Assembly (NCBI GenBank): GCA_040389905.1
Contig: JAZJZK010000023.1
Coordinates: 32,001 to 96,000, forward strand
Origin: Gemmatimonadota bacterium
GTDB lineage: Bacteria > Gemmatimonadota > Gemmatimonadetes > Gemmatimonadales > Gemmatimonadaceae
Reading direction: 5' to 3'
Length of the DNA stretch: 64,000 bases
Positions 46,495-55,299 of this stretch are shown one piece after another (position 1 is the stretch's first letter; every line of letters starts with the position of its first letter). The position numbers and the translations under genes were made by a program. The notes below the pieces were generated by a model, which was not told the DNA's origin, did not search any database, and was given only the letters and a program-made list of their open reading frames with translations.

Positions 46495-46881
46495 ATGGCC
46501 TCCGCACCCACGCTTCCAACCGGCGCCGAGCTGGACATCCTCCGCATCTTGTGGGCGCGAGGACCGTCGTCCGTCCGCGATGTGCACGAACGACTCGATA
46601 ACGACACGACGTACACATCGACGCTGAAGCTGATGCAGATGATGTTCGCAAAGGGGTATGTGCGCCGGGACGACGCACAGCGCCAACATGTGTATGAAGC
46701 GGTCATCGAACAGAACGGCACACTCGACGGCCTCGTGAGCCGGTTCGTGCGCCATGTGTTCGACGGATCCGCGGGTGCGCTGGCGGTGCGCGCGCTCGGG
46801 GAGGGATCTGCCACGCGCGAAGAATTGAAAGAACTCAAGCGGCTTATTCGCGAGATGGAACGAGACCCTGACCGCAAGTAG
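46495..46881 (+). CDS. BlaI/MecI/CopY family repressor
   Basis: PTGAELDILRILWARGPSSVRDVH...YTSTLKLMQMMFAKG.V.RD. Likely start is ATG 46495. Confidence 0.92.
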   Translation: MASAPTLPTGAELDILRILWARGPSSVRDVHERLDNDTTYTSTLKLMQMMFAKGYVRRDDAQRQHVYEAVIEQNGTLDGLVSRFVRHVFDGSAGALAVRALGEGSATREELKELKRLIREMERDPDRK

Positions 46882-46883
46882 CG

Positions 46884-48137
46884 ATGCTGGCCTACCTGTC
46901 TGGCCTGTTCGTCTGGTCGGCGCTCCATGTGCTCTGGCAGGGAGTCGCACTTTCCCTCGCGTTCGCCTGGTGGTTGCGTACGGAGCGGTCGCCAGCAGTG
47001 CGTCACCAAACCGCGATTGGCGGACTGCTCATTCTGTGCCTGTCGCTGCTCGCAAATGTGGCCGTCGCGCATCTCGCGCTCCTGGCCAATGCACGTCTTG
47101 GCGGAGACGGCGCGCTTGTGGCGGAGTCACACGGGCTCGTCGACGCTACGTTGCGCGCGTTCGATCGATCGTTCGAGATCGTGCCGGCGCTCGTCGTCGT
47201 CTGGCTGCTGGGCGTGGCAACCGGTGCGGCGCGCCTGGCCGTCGGTGCGTTCCATCTTGCCCGGGTGCGCGCGGCGGGCACGCAGGCGTCAGACGAGTTG
47301 CTCGCTCGCGTCGCGCATCATGCCGCGCAGGCGAGGCTTACGCGTGTTCCATCCGTGCTTGTATCCGCGGAAACTCTGGTTCCCTTCGTCACAGGCGCAA
47401 CGACCCCACTCCTCGTCCTGCCGATGCATTGGCCGCCGAGCGAAGAACACGACGCGCTCATGCAGCATGAACTCGCACACGTGGAGCGCGGTGATACGAG
47501 GACGAACGCGCTCCTGCGCCTGGTGCAGACCGTCTTCTGGTTCCATCCCGCGGTCTGGTACCTCGCCAACCATGCGACCCGAGCGCGTGAGGAAGCGGCC
47601 GATGTCCTCGCCACGTCACGGGAGAGCAGACGACTGGCGCTCGCACGTGCGCTGGTGAATCTCGAGTCGACACGTCAGGGAAACGCGGTGGCGCTCGCTG
47701 CGACCGACGGTGCTCTTGTCACGCGCGTCCGGCGTCTCGTCGCGCCCCCAACGTCGCACACGTGGAGCGAGAGCGTGGTCCTGCCTTTCCTCGCGATGCT
47801 CGTTGTCTTCTCGACCGGTACCACGAGTGCTGCACGCTTCGCGACCGCGAGCGACGTACTGGCTGTCATGTCGGCGTCCGCCCGGGTGGTGCCGAGTGAA
47901 GTGGCGCATATCACGGCGATAGATCCTGCGGGCCGGTTCACGCTGACCCTTCTGAACGGCCGCGTGGCGCGTGCCACGGTTGCTGGCATCGCCGTGGCGC
48001 GGAGCGCTATTCACAGGCACGAACGTGACATCTCGCTCGTCAATCAAGGTGGAGACGCTGTTCTCACCGTACACCTCGATCCCCGCGGTTCCATTCGCTG
48101 GACGGCCCGCTCGCTGCGCTCGCTAGACGCATTCTGA
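46884..48137 (+). CDS. M56 family (BlaR1-like) membrane metallopeptidase
   Basis: LHVLWQG, HELAHVERGD, FWFHPAVW, REEAAD. The C-terminal domain is short and is not a penicillin-binding sensor. Confidence 0.88.
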   Translation: MLAYLSGLFVWSALHVLWQGVALSLAFAWWLRTERSPAVRHQTAIGGLLILCLSLLANVAVAHLALLANARLGGDGALVAESHGLVDATLRAFDRSFEIVPALVVVWLLGVATGAARLAVGAFHLARVRAAGTQASDELLARVAHHAAQARLTRVPSVLVSAETLVPFVTGATTPLLVLPMHWPPSEEHDALMQHELAHVERGDTRTNALLRLVQTVFWFHPAVWYLANHATRAREEAADVLATSRESRRLALARALVNLESTRQGNAVALAATDGALVTRVRRLVAPPTSHTWSESVVLPFLAMLVVFSTGTTSAARFATASDVLAVMSASARVVPSEVAHITAIDPAGRFTLTLLNGRVARATVAGIAVARSAIHRHERDISLVNQGGDAVLTVHLDPRGSIRWTARSLRSLDAF

Positions 48138-48172
48138 TATTTGCCGTCAAGCGAGCGCCAGCGACCGAGCCG

Positions 48173-49146
48173 TCACTTGAGCCTGACGATGTAATAGCGG
48201 AACGCACCAGGCGCGAAAACGCCTGCCTTTGCGCTGCCCGACGCCGTTCCACGAATCTGGCTTCGGTCGATCGTCCCGAGTCCCACGCCGGTGAGATCGA
48301 GCGCGCCAGCGGCCGAGGGCTCGGCGCGCGCGCCCACACCCACGGTGACGCCCGCGGCCTCGGCCGCTGGCGCGACGCTACCGGTCGATTTCAAGGCAGC
48401 GCTGGCCACATACCCATCATTGGCGTCGAGAATGAAGACCACGCGCTCGATGTCGGATCCCGCCACGAGGACGCCTGGATAGTGCTTCTCGACGAGCGAG
48501 CGCACGAGTTCCTGATTCGCCGCAACGCGGGCGGACATGACGCTCATGCCGGCACTTGCCAGCGCCGTCCCGCCGGCGGCGGCGGGGACCGGCGTCTGGG
48601 CAACGGCAACGCTACCGGCCAGCGCGAGACCGACGAGGAGCGATGAAGCGAACACCGGGTGCCGTGGTTGAATCGCAGTCACTGCGTAAATCCTCCGTTC
48701 GAGAAAGGGTTGTTGTTCCGCGAGGGAAATGGCGAGGGGAAGCCGACGACTGTGGCGCTCGCCGACGGCCACGAGAAGCAATCCATATTCACGAGGATGT
48801 CCGACCTGCCGGATCACCCGTGCGTCGCAGTCGACTTCCAGGGCGAGGCGAAGCCGGCGAACCATCCACCAGATCCCTGGCTGACGGCGTCGATCGTCCT
48901 GCTGGGTGTGTTCAGCCGTGCGCTCCTCGTCCTTCGGTTGCGTGGGCATGGGACTGATGTGGAGCCGCGCGCAGCGGTCGCGTGGTCAAGCCGTGAGAGA
49001 GGCAACACCGCTGCGGTGAGGAGCGCGACGATCCACACGAAGCGCCGCTGGACCGACCAGATCGAAAGGACCCGTTCGATCGCCAGCGCGATGCCACCGA
49101 TGCAGACACCGCTGACGCTGGCATAGGCGACCCATGCGATCGTCAT
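48173..49146 (-). pseudogene. Disrupted M56/BlaR1-like gene (N- and C-terminal parts in different frames, HExxH region missing, internal segment apparently inverted)
   Basis: N-terminus MTIAWVAYA...RRFVWIVALL is coupled to the BlaI stop. The C-terminal part WWMVRRLRLALEVDCDARV...LERRI is in another frame. The plus strand at 48878-48943 reads WLTASIVLLGVFSRALLVLRLR. Confidence 0.72.
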
Positions 49147-49526
49147 GACCCCTTCTCCTGTTTCGCCGCGAGTCGTTCGTCGAGCACGCTCCGCAACCGC
49201 TCGAGATCCTTGGCATCGAGGTCGCGATCACTCATGAACTGTGTGAGTAACAGTTCCGGTGAGCCGCCGAACATCTTGTCGAGCACACGAGACAAGGCGC
49301 TCCGGCCCGCCGCGTCCTGGGCAACGAGGGGCACATACCGATGCGCCTTGCCCTCTGCGATGTGTGCGACGAACCCCTTCTCCTCGAGTGTCCGGAGAAC
49401 GGTCAGGACCGTGGTGTACGCGAAGTCCTCGGCGAGCGCATCGCGCACTTCGGCCACGGTGCCCGATCCGTTCTGCCAGAGCACCACCATGATGTCCAAC
49501 TCACGTTCCGTGAAGACAACGTCCAT
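49143..49526 (-). CDS. BlaI/MecI/CopY family repressor (second paralog)
   Basis: FTERELDIMVVLWQNGSGTVAEVR...AYTTVLTVLRTLEEKG.V....GKAHRY. Confidence 0.93.
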   Translation of the reverse strand: MDVVFTERELDIMVVLWQNGSGTVAEVRDALAEDFAYTTVLTVLRTLEEKGFVAHIAEGKAHRYVPLVAQDAAGRSALSRVLDKMFGGSPELLLTQFMSDRDLDAKDLERLRSVLDERLAAKQEKGS

Positions 49527-49535
49527 CGTCCCGTC

Positions 49536-49597
49536 CTACTAGAAGTCTAGTAGACAGTGACGTCCTTCGGTGCGCCTGTCAACTAGCTTTCTAGTAG
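49536..49597 (-). promoter_or_regulatory. Paired palindromic operators of the second BlaI
   Basis: CTACTAGA-AG-TCTAGTAG (49536-49553) and CAACTAGC-TT-TCTAGTAG (49580-49597). Minus-strand TTGACA at 49582-49577. Confidence 0.78.
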
Positions 49598-49608
49598 TTG
49601 TTGCCAGC

Positions 49609-50610
49609 TCACCGAAGTGTGGTCGAGTCCACGGCCCGCAGGTGCGAGCGGACGGCGGCGATCATCGCGTCCGGATTGTCCCACGTCGTCATGTGCGCCG
49701 CGCCCGGAATGACGACGACCTTCGCCCCCGGTACCAGCGCTGCATGCTTCTTGATCGTCACCGGGTCTGCTTCATCGACATCGCCGACGGTGAACAACGT
49801 CGGCACCTTCACGCTCTTCAGGAACGGGCGCGCGTCGTACTGCTTCAGCGTGCCCGTGATCGTGAATTCACTGGGGCCCTGCATGAAACCGTAGATGGCG
49901 GCATTCATCTGCTTCATGGTGCTGTCGAGGTCCGCCTCCACGGGACGAAGCCAGACATACTTCCCGTAGAACTCCTGAATCGCCGCCTGATAGTCCGGCG
50001 CGTCGAACTTCTTCTCGGCCTCTCGCGTCTTCACGACCTTCTGTGTGGAATCGGGGAGCGTTGCGAGCAGGGCACGCGCGTGTCGCTCCCACTGCGGGAT
50101 GTCGAGTGCCGCGCTTGCAAGGGTAAGACTGGCGACGTGTTCCGGGTGCGCGCGATAGTACTCGAGTCCAAGGATCGTGCCCCACGAGTGTCCAACCAGG
50201 TGCACCTTGTCGTAACCGAGCTTCGCGCGCAGCGCCTCCAATTCCTCCACGAAGTGGGGAATGGTCATCTTCGTGGTGTCGGAAAGCCCAGCCGATTTTC
50301 CACCACCCAGCTGGTCGTACCGAATGACTTTCCGGTCGTCGCCGAGTGCCTCGAGTGGTTTCAGGTAGTAGCTGCTGAATCCAGGGCCACCGTGCAGAAG
50401 GATGACGGGTGTGCCGGTGCCGCCTCCCGACGTCCGGTACCAGATCTCTCCGCCATCGACAGGAAGTCGCGCCTCGCCCGGAGCGAGGGCCGATGTGGTG
50501 GCAACTGACGGCGCGCCGGCACTGTCGGACTTCGGTGGCGCTGACTTGTCGGCGCATCCTGTCAGAAGTATCAACGCCAGGACTGGAGGGGTCGGGCGAA
50601 GCAAACGCAT
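49609..50610 (-). CDS. Proline iminopeptidase family alpha/beta hydrolase, lipoprotein
   Basis: ATG 50610 after RBS aggag, lipobox LTGC, HGGPG, YDQLGGGKS, nucleophile motif GHSWG, GPSEF.ITGTL. Confidence 0.88.
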   Translation of the reverse strand: MRLLRPTPPVLALILLTGCADKSAPPKSDSAGAPSVATTSALAPGEARLPVDGGEIWYRTSGGGTGTPVILLHGGPGFSSYYLKPLEALGDDRKVIRYDQLGGGKSAGLSDTTKMTIPHFVEELEALRAKLGYDKVHLVGHSWGTILGLEYYRAHPEHVASLTLASAALDIPQWERHARALLATLPDSTQKVVKTREAEKKFDAPDYQAAIQEFYGKYVWLRPVEADLDSTMKQMNAAIYGFMQGPSEFTITGTLKQYDARPFLKSVKVPTLFTVGDVDEADPVTIKKHAALVPGAKVVVIPGAAHMTTWDNPDAMIAAVRSHLRAVDSTTLR

Positions 50611-50697
50611 ATCGTCTCCTCGTGAAGGATCACCTTGATACGACGTCGTTCGCAGAGTGGATGCTTCGGCGCTGCACAACCAGGCATTTACCGTTCT

Positions 50698-51879
50698 TCA
50701 CGGCAGTCGCTTGAGGAGCACCGTAATCGGAGTCGTATCGCCCGGAGAGATCGTCACGGAAAGAGAATCTGTGCGGTAGCTCGGCTTGCTCAGGGTCACG
50801 CGCCCCTGACCGGGCTGCATGAACGCCAGCGCGACCGTGCCCGTCTCGGTGCTTCGTGCGCGAACACCGGTCGTCACGTCGAGTACATCCACACCCTCGA
50901 CTGGAAGCCCCGTGTCGACGTCGAAGATGCCTAGTAACCGAAGCCGGAAGCTCTCGACGACTGCTGGCCGAGGGAGCGAAATGCGCTGGAGCAACTCACG
51001 CTGCGTCGAGTTGTCGATCACGTGGCTGCCGATGCCTGGCTCGAAGCCGATTCCATCCTTGAGCGCAACGAAGATCGCACTCTCGGTGCCGACGGTATCG
51101 ATGGACCTGTCCATGCAATCGTGGTATTCGATCGACTCGATGTGCTCCGGCTTGATGGTAACCAGCACCGAGACGGTGGCCAGCGGAAGCGAATGCAGCA
51201 TCGAGCCCTTGCCGGCAGTTCGTGCTCGCGCTTCCGCCATGTCGTTCGTGGGCGGATAAATGATGCGCTTGCCGTTGACCCAGATGTTCTTCGCAGAGAG
51301 GCAGTTGTGCGCCACGATGTCCGGCGGTTCCAGCGTCATGTTCGGTCGCAGCTTGCTGATGACGTCGAGTGCGTCCATCAGGTTGCGATCGCTCGCCGAG
51401 ATGGCATCGGCATCCACGAACGTCCGATTGCGCTTCACGCTCTGCTCGGCAGTGACGGTCACCGCCGTGAGTTGCTGCGCTACGCGGTTGAGGGTGACGG
51501 CAACGCGCACGGTGTCGCCCTTGGTGGCGTCGACGAACGAACTCGCACGCGCGTATCCGAGCTTCCGTACCTCGACCTGCAACGCAGCGGCATCGGTGGT
51601 GACACGCACGACACTGACGCCATCGCGATCCGTCGTCCCGCCGATGAGTCGTTCGTTGAGCCCGCGAACGACGGCGACGTCGGCGCCGGACACCGGGAGC
51701 CGCGCGGCGTCCACGACGCGCACGCGTACCACGACGGCGGCGGGCACCTGCGTACCCGCCGCTTGCGCGACGAGTGCGACTGCAGCGACCAGCCGCGCCG
51801 CCCGTGCTATGGCACCACCGGCTGCTTCGGTTCGAGCTTCGCCGACCATAATCCCGAGTTGAAATCGGGCGATCTCCAT
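50698..51879 (-). CDS. Carboxypeptidase-regulatory-like domain protein with a plug-like segment (start uncertain)
   Basis: VRVRVVDAARLPVSGADV...VRKLGY; KLRP...IWVNG...IKPEHIESIEY (plug-like); second domain GIFDVDTGLPVEGVDV. Confidence 0.65.
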   Translation of the reverse strand: MEIARFQLGIMVGEARTEAAGGAIARAARLVAAVALVAQAAGTQVPAAVVVRVRVVDAARLPVSGADVAVVRGLNERLIGGTTDRDGVSVVRVTTDAAALQVEVRKLGYARASSFVDATKGDTVRVAVTLNRVAQQLTAVTVTAEQSVKRNRTFVDADAISASDRNLMDALDVISKLRPNMTLEPPDIVAHNCLSAKNIWVNGKRIIYPPTNDMAEARARTAGKGSMLHSLPLATVSVLVTIKPEHIESIEYHDCMDRSIDTVGTESAIFVALKDGIGFEPGIGSHVIDNSTQRELLQRISLPRPAVVESFRLRLLGIFDVDTGLPVEGVDVLDVTTGVRARSTETGTVALAFMQPGQGRVTLSKPSYRTDSLSVTISPGDTTPITVLLKRLP

Positions 51880-51907
51880 ACGGCGTCTATCGTTACGGGA
51901 AAGCGTC

Positions 51908-52070
51908 GTTCGGGGGGGAATGAAACAGAGTTTGACGGATTTCACGGATTGGACGGATTAATTCATCACAAGACAATGAGGCTTCCAGCGGCGACCTCTC
52001 TTTCGCGAGTGCTGAAAGTGATCCGAGACAATCCGATCAATCCGTAGAATCGGTTTCATCACCTCCGAAC
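51908..52070. repeat. Family C inverted repeat between divergent genes
   Basis: gttcgggggggaatgaaacagagtttgacggatttcacggattggacggatt versus gatccgagacaatccgatcaatccgtagaatcggtttcatcacctccgaac. Confidence 0.8.
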
Positions 52071-52153
52071 AATGCCTTTCCAAACGGCTTCAGGCAATCC
52101 AAACCCTGCCCATCTCGCCGTTGTCTGATGGATACCCTTCCCTCGAGGCGACA

Positions 52154-52957
52154 ATGCGTTGGCCAACCGGTTTCCTACTCAGCGCCGTACTTACCGCGTC
52201 GCCATTATCCGCGCAGGACCTCCAGAGTCAGCGCGACGCATATTCCTTGAAGGAGCGCGTACCGCCCGGACAATGGCTGCGCGTGCGCAGTCTGAAAGGC
52301 GCGATTCGCGTCACGGCGTCGAACACGGACAATGTTGAAATCGTCGCGGTGAAGACGTGGCGGCGCGGCGATCCGCAGGCGGTTCGCGTCGTCACGCGGC
52401 GATCTCCCGACGGGAGTGTGCTCGTCTGTGCCCTCTGGACGGAGAACACTACCTGTACGGACAACAGCTACACCGTGCGTGGTGCGCGGGGCGCGGGGGC
52501 GAGCGCGGATCGTAGTGATGTGCAGCTGCACTTCGACATCCGAGTGCCGAAGGGAGTGAAGGTCGGCGTGTGGACGGTCAACGGCGACGTCGCCGTCGAA
52601 GGCGTGACGAGCGACGTCAGTGCGGGAGCGAACAACGGCAACGTCACCGCCGTCAGCACCGGCGGGTTGGTTCGTGCGAATTCCGTCAATGGCAGCGTAC
52701 ATGCGAGCATGACCCGCTTCAGTGGGAACGAGGACCTCGCGATCACGACGACGATCGGATCGGTCATCGTCGACTTTCTCGAGGACATCAACGCGAACAT
52801 CGATCTATCGACAACGACAGGAATGTTCAGGAGTGACTGGCCTGTGACGATCACCGGCCGCATCGAACCGCGGCGGCTGCGTGCGATCGTCGGGAAGGGC
52901 GGGGCGAAGCTGCGGCTCGCGACGGTGTATGGCGACGTCGAGCTACGGAAGCATTAG
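52154..52957 (+). CDS. DUF4097 family beta-strand repeat (putative adhesin-like) secreted protein
   Basis: Signal peptide, LRVRSLKGAIRV, FDIRVPKGV, repeated TVNGDV/NNGNV/SVNGSV, LRLATVYGDVELRK. Confidence 0.82.
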   Translation: MRWPTGFLLSAVLTASPLSAQDLQSQRDAYSLKERVPPGQWLRVRSLKGAIRVTASNTDNVEIVAVKTWRRGDPQAVRVVTRRSPDGSVLVCALWTENTTCTDNSYTVRGARGAGASADRSDVQLHFDIRVPKGVKVGVWTVNGDVAVEGVTSDVSAGANNGNVTAVSTGGLVRANSVNGSVHASMTRFSGNEDLAITTTIGSVIVDFLEDINANIDLSTTTGMFRSDWPVTITGRIEPRRLRAIVGKGGAKLRLATVYGDVELRKH

Positions 52958-53016
52958 CACTGCGGGCCTCTCCTGTCATCACGCCCGTGGTTTCCAAAAT
53001 GGCAGGAGACCGGGCT

Positions 53017-55299
53017 CTACCCCGGTCCGAACAGGACCAAGCCTCGAATGTTCTGATGTCCTGAGCCTTTCGTTCCCTGGGCACCGCGAGGGCAGGCGCG
53101 CGAACAAGCTGCGTCTGGGGTTTCGCCGCGGGCCCCCGCTCGATCAGTGACGAAGTGTTGCGCGCCACGCACAATGTCCAACGCTCCTTGCATGTAATGA
53201 AGACGATTCGTCGCATCGAGTTTCGATCGCGCGACGTATGCCCGAAGTTCGCGCTCCGCATGAATCGGCAGCGGCTGTTGCAATGACTCTCGAATCGCCG
53301 CGGCGAGCGGGGCACCAATCGCCCGCTGGTGCCGAGGAAGTGACAAGAGAGCACTCGCCAACCATTTGTCGACATCGGCAAGGATCTGAAGCCCGGCGCT
53401 TCCGGTCCCGTACAATGCCGAGAGCGAGTCCATGTCGAGCCAGACGGCAAGTTGACCGAGAGCCGCATCGGCATCATCGGACGTCATCGACCGTTCAGGT
53501 CCTTCCGCGGCGCTTGCCGCGATGTTGAGCGACGCGACATCATCGGTGACCCTCCCATTGACGTTGCACACAAGACGCCCATCGTCGAGTGCCGCGATCC
53601 AACCGCGGACATTCGCCACCGCCGCCCCCGGCCTGCACCCTTCGCTGTACCTTCCGGCGCCGCTCCACTTTGCCAGCCGAGTTGCCAGCGCGCCCTCATC
53701 CGCGGCGTTTGCCGAAGCACCCTCGTTGTTTCGCGCGGCGTCGGATGTTCGGGGTGCCAGGGGAGGCAGGACGCTGAAGCCGGGTCCGATAATCTGCGAT
53801 GCGGCCGCGAGCTTGCGCCGCATGCGCCCATCCGCGTCGAGCAATTCCGCTGCGCGCGCCGGCGGTGCGATCAGGTAGGATCGTATCGTGGTCGCCCCGC
53901 CCGGGCGGCGGACGCGACCCACCCGCTGCGCGAGGCGAGCCGGGTTCCACGGAAGATCGAGGTGGACGACGATGCTCGCGTCCTGAAGATTCACGCCTTC
54001 GGAGAGAAGGTCGGTGGCAAGGAGCAACGTGACCTGCTCGTGCGACGGCGACGCGCGTGCATGCCGCGCGAGAGGCGCGAACCGATCCAGCATTTCCCCT
54101 CGACTGATCACGCCGCTAGCGATGCGCGCTTGGTGAGAGGTCATCGCGCCAATCCCCACGTCGCATCGCATCGATCGAAAGAATGCCACGATAGTGCTCG
54201 CGTACTCGCTGAACGCGAGGATCCGCTCGTGCGGATGACGGGCACGCAGTTGGCGCAGCGCAGCAACGCGCGCAGGGTCAGGATCGGGAGTGGACGCGAT
54301 CACCGTCCGCAACGCGTGCATCGCCTGACGGTCGCCTTCGAGCGCCTCCGAGAGCGCGTCGAGCGCACGTTCCTCGAGCGAACCCTGCATCAGGAGTGAC
54401 GCAAATCCGAGCTGGACGTCCTGTTCCGATCCCTGCCACGCCTGCATCTCGCGCTTCGTGGGTACGCGCCCCTCGGCGAGTCCCTGCTCGATGGCGGCGG
54501 AGCGCCGCTGCCGCGTCGCCAACGTCGAGACGAGTGCGGCTCTGCTCGACGCCCACGCGCGAACGAGCGCAATCACACGCAACGCGCCGGCATCGCCACC
54601 ATCAAGGGGTCGCGGCGGAGGTGGAAGGTCGAGCACCGCACGGAGCGTCCGCGAGTCATCGACCTGTACATCGATCCATTCGGGCGGCGCCACGCCTGGG
54701 AGGAACGCATGAACGGAGTCGTCGCCGCGAACGACAGCGCGCGAGAGCGATGCGAAGTCGAGTGCGAAGGCGCGCTCACCGAGAAAAAGGGCGAGCTGGC
54801 TGGCCAGGTCATCGATGCGATTCTGCAGTGGCGTTGCCGACAACAAGACAACAGGTGCGCGGGCCGCGAGTCGAGCGAGCAGCTCATACCGGCGCGTTGC
54901 GCGATTGCGAAAATGATGCGACTCGTCCACGATGATGCCATCGAAGGGTGCCGACGGCATCGAGCCACGACTCAATGATTCATGCGAGATCACGCGCACC
55001 GTCGACGCCGTTCGCCGCGCCGCATCTCGCCAGAGGTCTGTCAGTGCTGCAGGGACGACGATCAGTGGCGCCAGCCAGCGCCTGGAGATCGCAAGTGCGA
55101 CGTACGTCTTTCCGCGCCCGACATCGTCGGCGATGAGGCATCCTCCCAAGCGACGGAGAATGCGCTGTGCGCGCGACTGAAGCAGACGTTGATCATCACG
55201 CAGCGTGATCGTGCCGACCGTTGCCGCGGGGAGCGCGTCGAGACTCGCGGCGGCGATCGCAGCGCGCGCGCGTGTCAGCTCGCCAGGAGCGCGTGACAC
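53017..55299 (-). CDS. SNF2-like superfamily 2 helicase (likely start GTG 55299, overlapping the MTase 3' end)
   Basis: Motif I IADDVGRGKT, II VDESHH, III LSATP, IV AFSEY, V TDLLSEGVNLQ, VI PWNPARLAQRVGRVRR. Confidence 0.88.
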   Translation of the reverse strand: MSRAPGELTRARAAIAAASLDALPAATVGTITLRDDQRLLQSRAQRILRRLGGCLIADDVGRGKTYVALAISRRWLAPLIVVPAALTDLWRDAARRTASTVRVISHESLSRGSMPSAPFDGIIVDESHHFRNRATRRYELLARLAARAPVVLLSATPLQNRIDDLASQLALFLGERAFALDFASLSRAVVRGDDSVHAFLPGVAPPEWIDVQVDDSRTLRAVLDLPPPPRPLDGGDAGALRVIALVRAWASSRAALVSTLATRQRRSAAIEQGLAEGRVPTKREMQAWQGSEQDVQLGFASLLMQGSLEERALDALSEALEGDRQAMHALRTVIASTPDPDPARVAALRQLRARHPHERILAFSEYASTIVAFFRSMRCDVGIGAMTSHQARIASGVISRGEMLDRFAPLARHARASPSHEQVTLLLATDLLSEGVNLQDASIVVHLDLPWNPARLAQRVGRVRRPGGATTIRSYLIAPPARAAELLDADGRMRRKLAAASQIIGPGFSVLPPLAPRTSDAARNNEGASANAADEGALATRLAKWSGAGRYSEGCRPGAAVANVRGWIAALDDGRLVCNVNGRVTDDVASLNIAASAAEGPERSMTSDDADAALGQLAVWLDMDSLSALYGTGSAGLQILADVDKWLASALLSLPRHQRAIGAPLAAAIRESLQQPLPIHAERELRAYVARSKLDATNRLHYMQGALDIVRGAQHFVTDRAGARGETPDAACSRACPRGAQGTKGSGHQNIRGLVLFGPG

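Noticed and set aside
43333..48137. Beta-lactam resistance cassette (blaI-blaR1-blaZ)
   Set aside because: The M56 protein lacks a penicillin-binding sensor domain, and the SxxK hydrolase lacks class A SDN/KTG motifs and belongs to a broad esterase/peptidase family. Resistance cannot be claimed.
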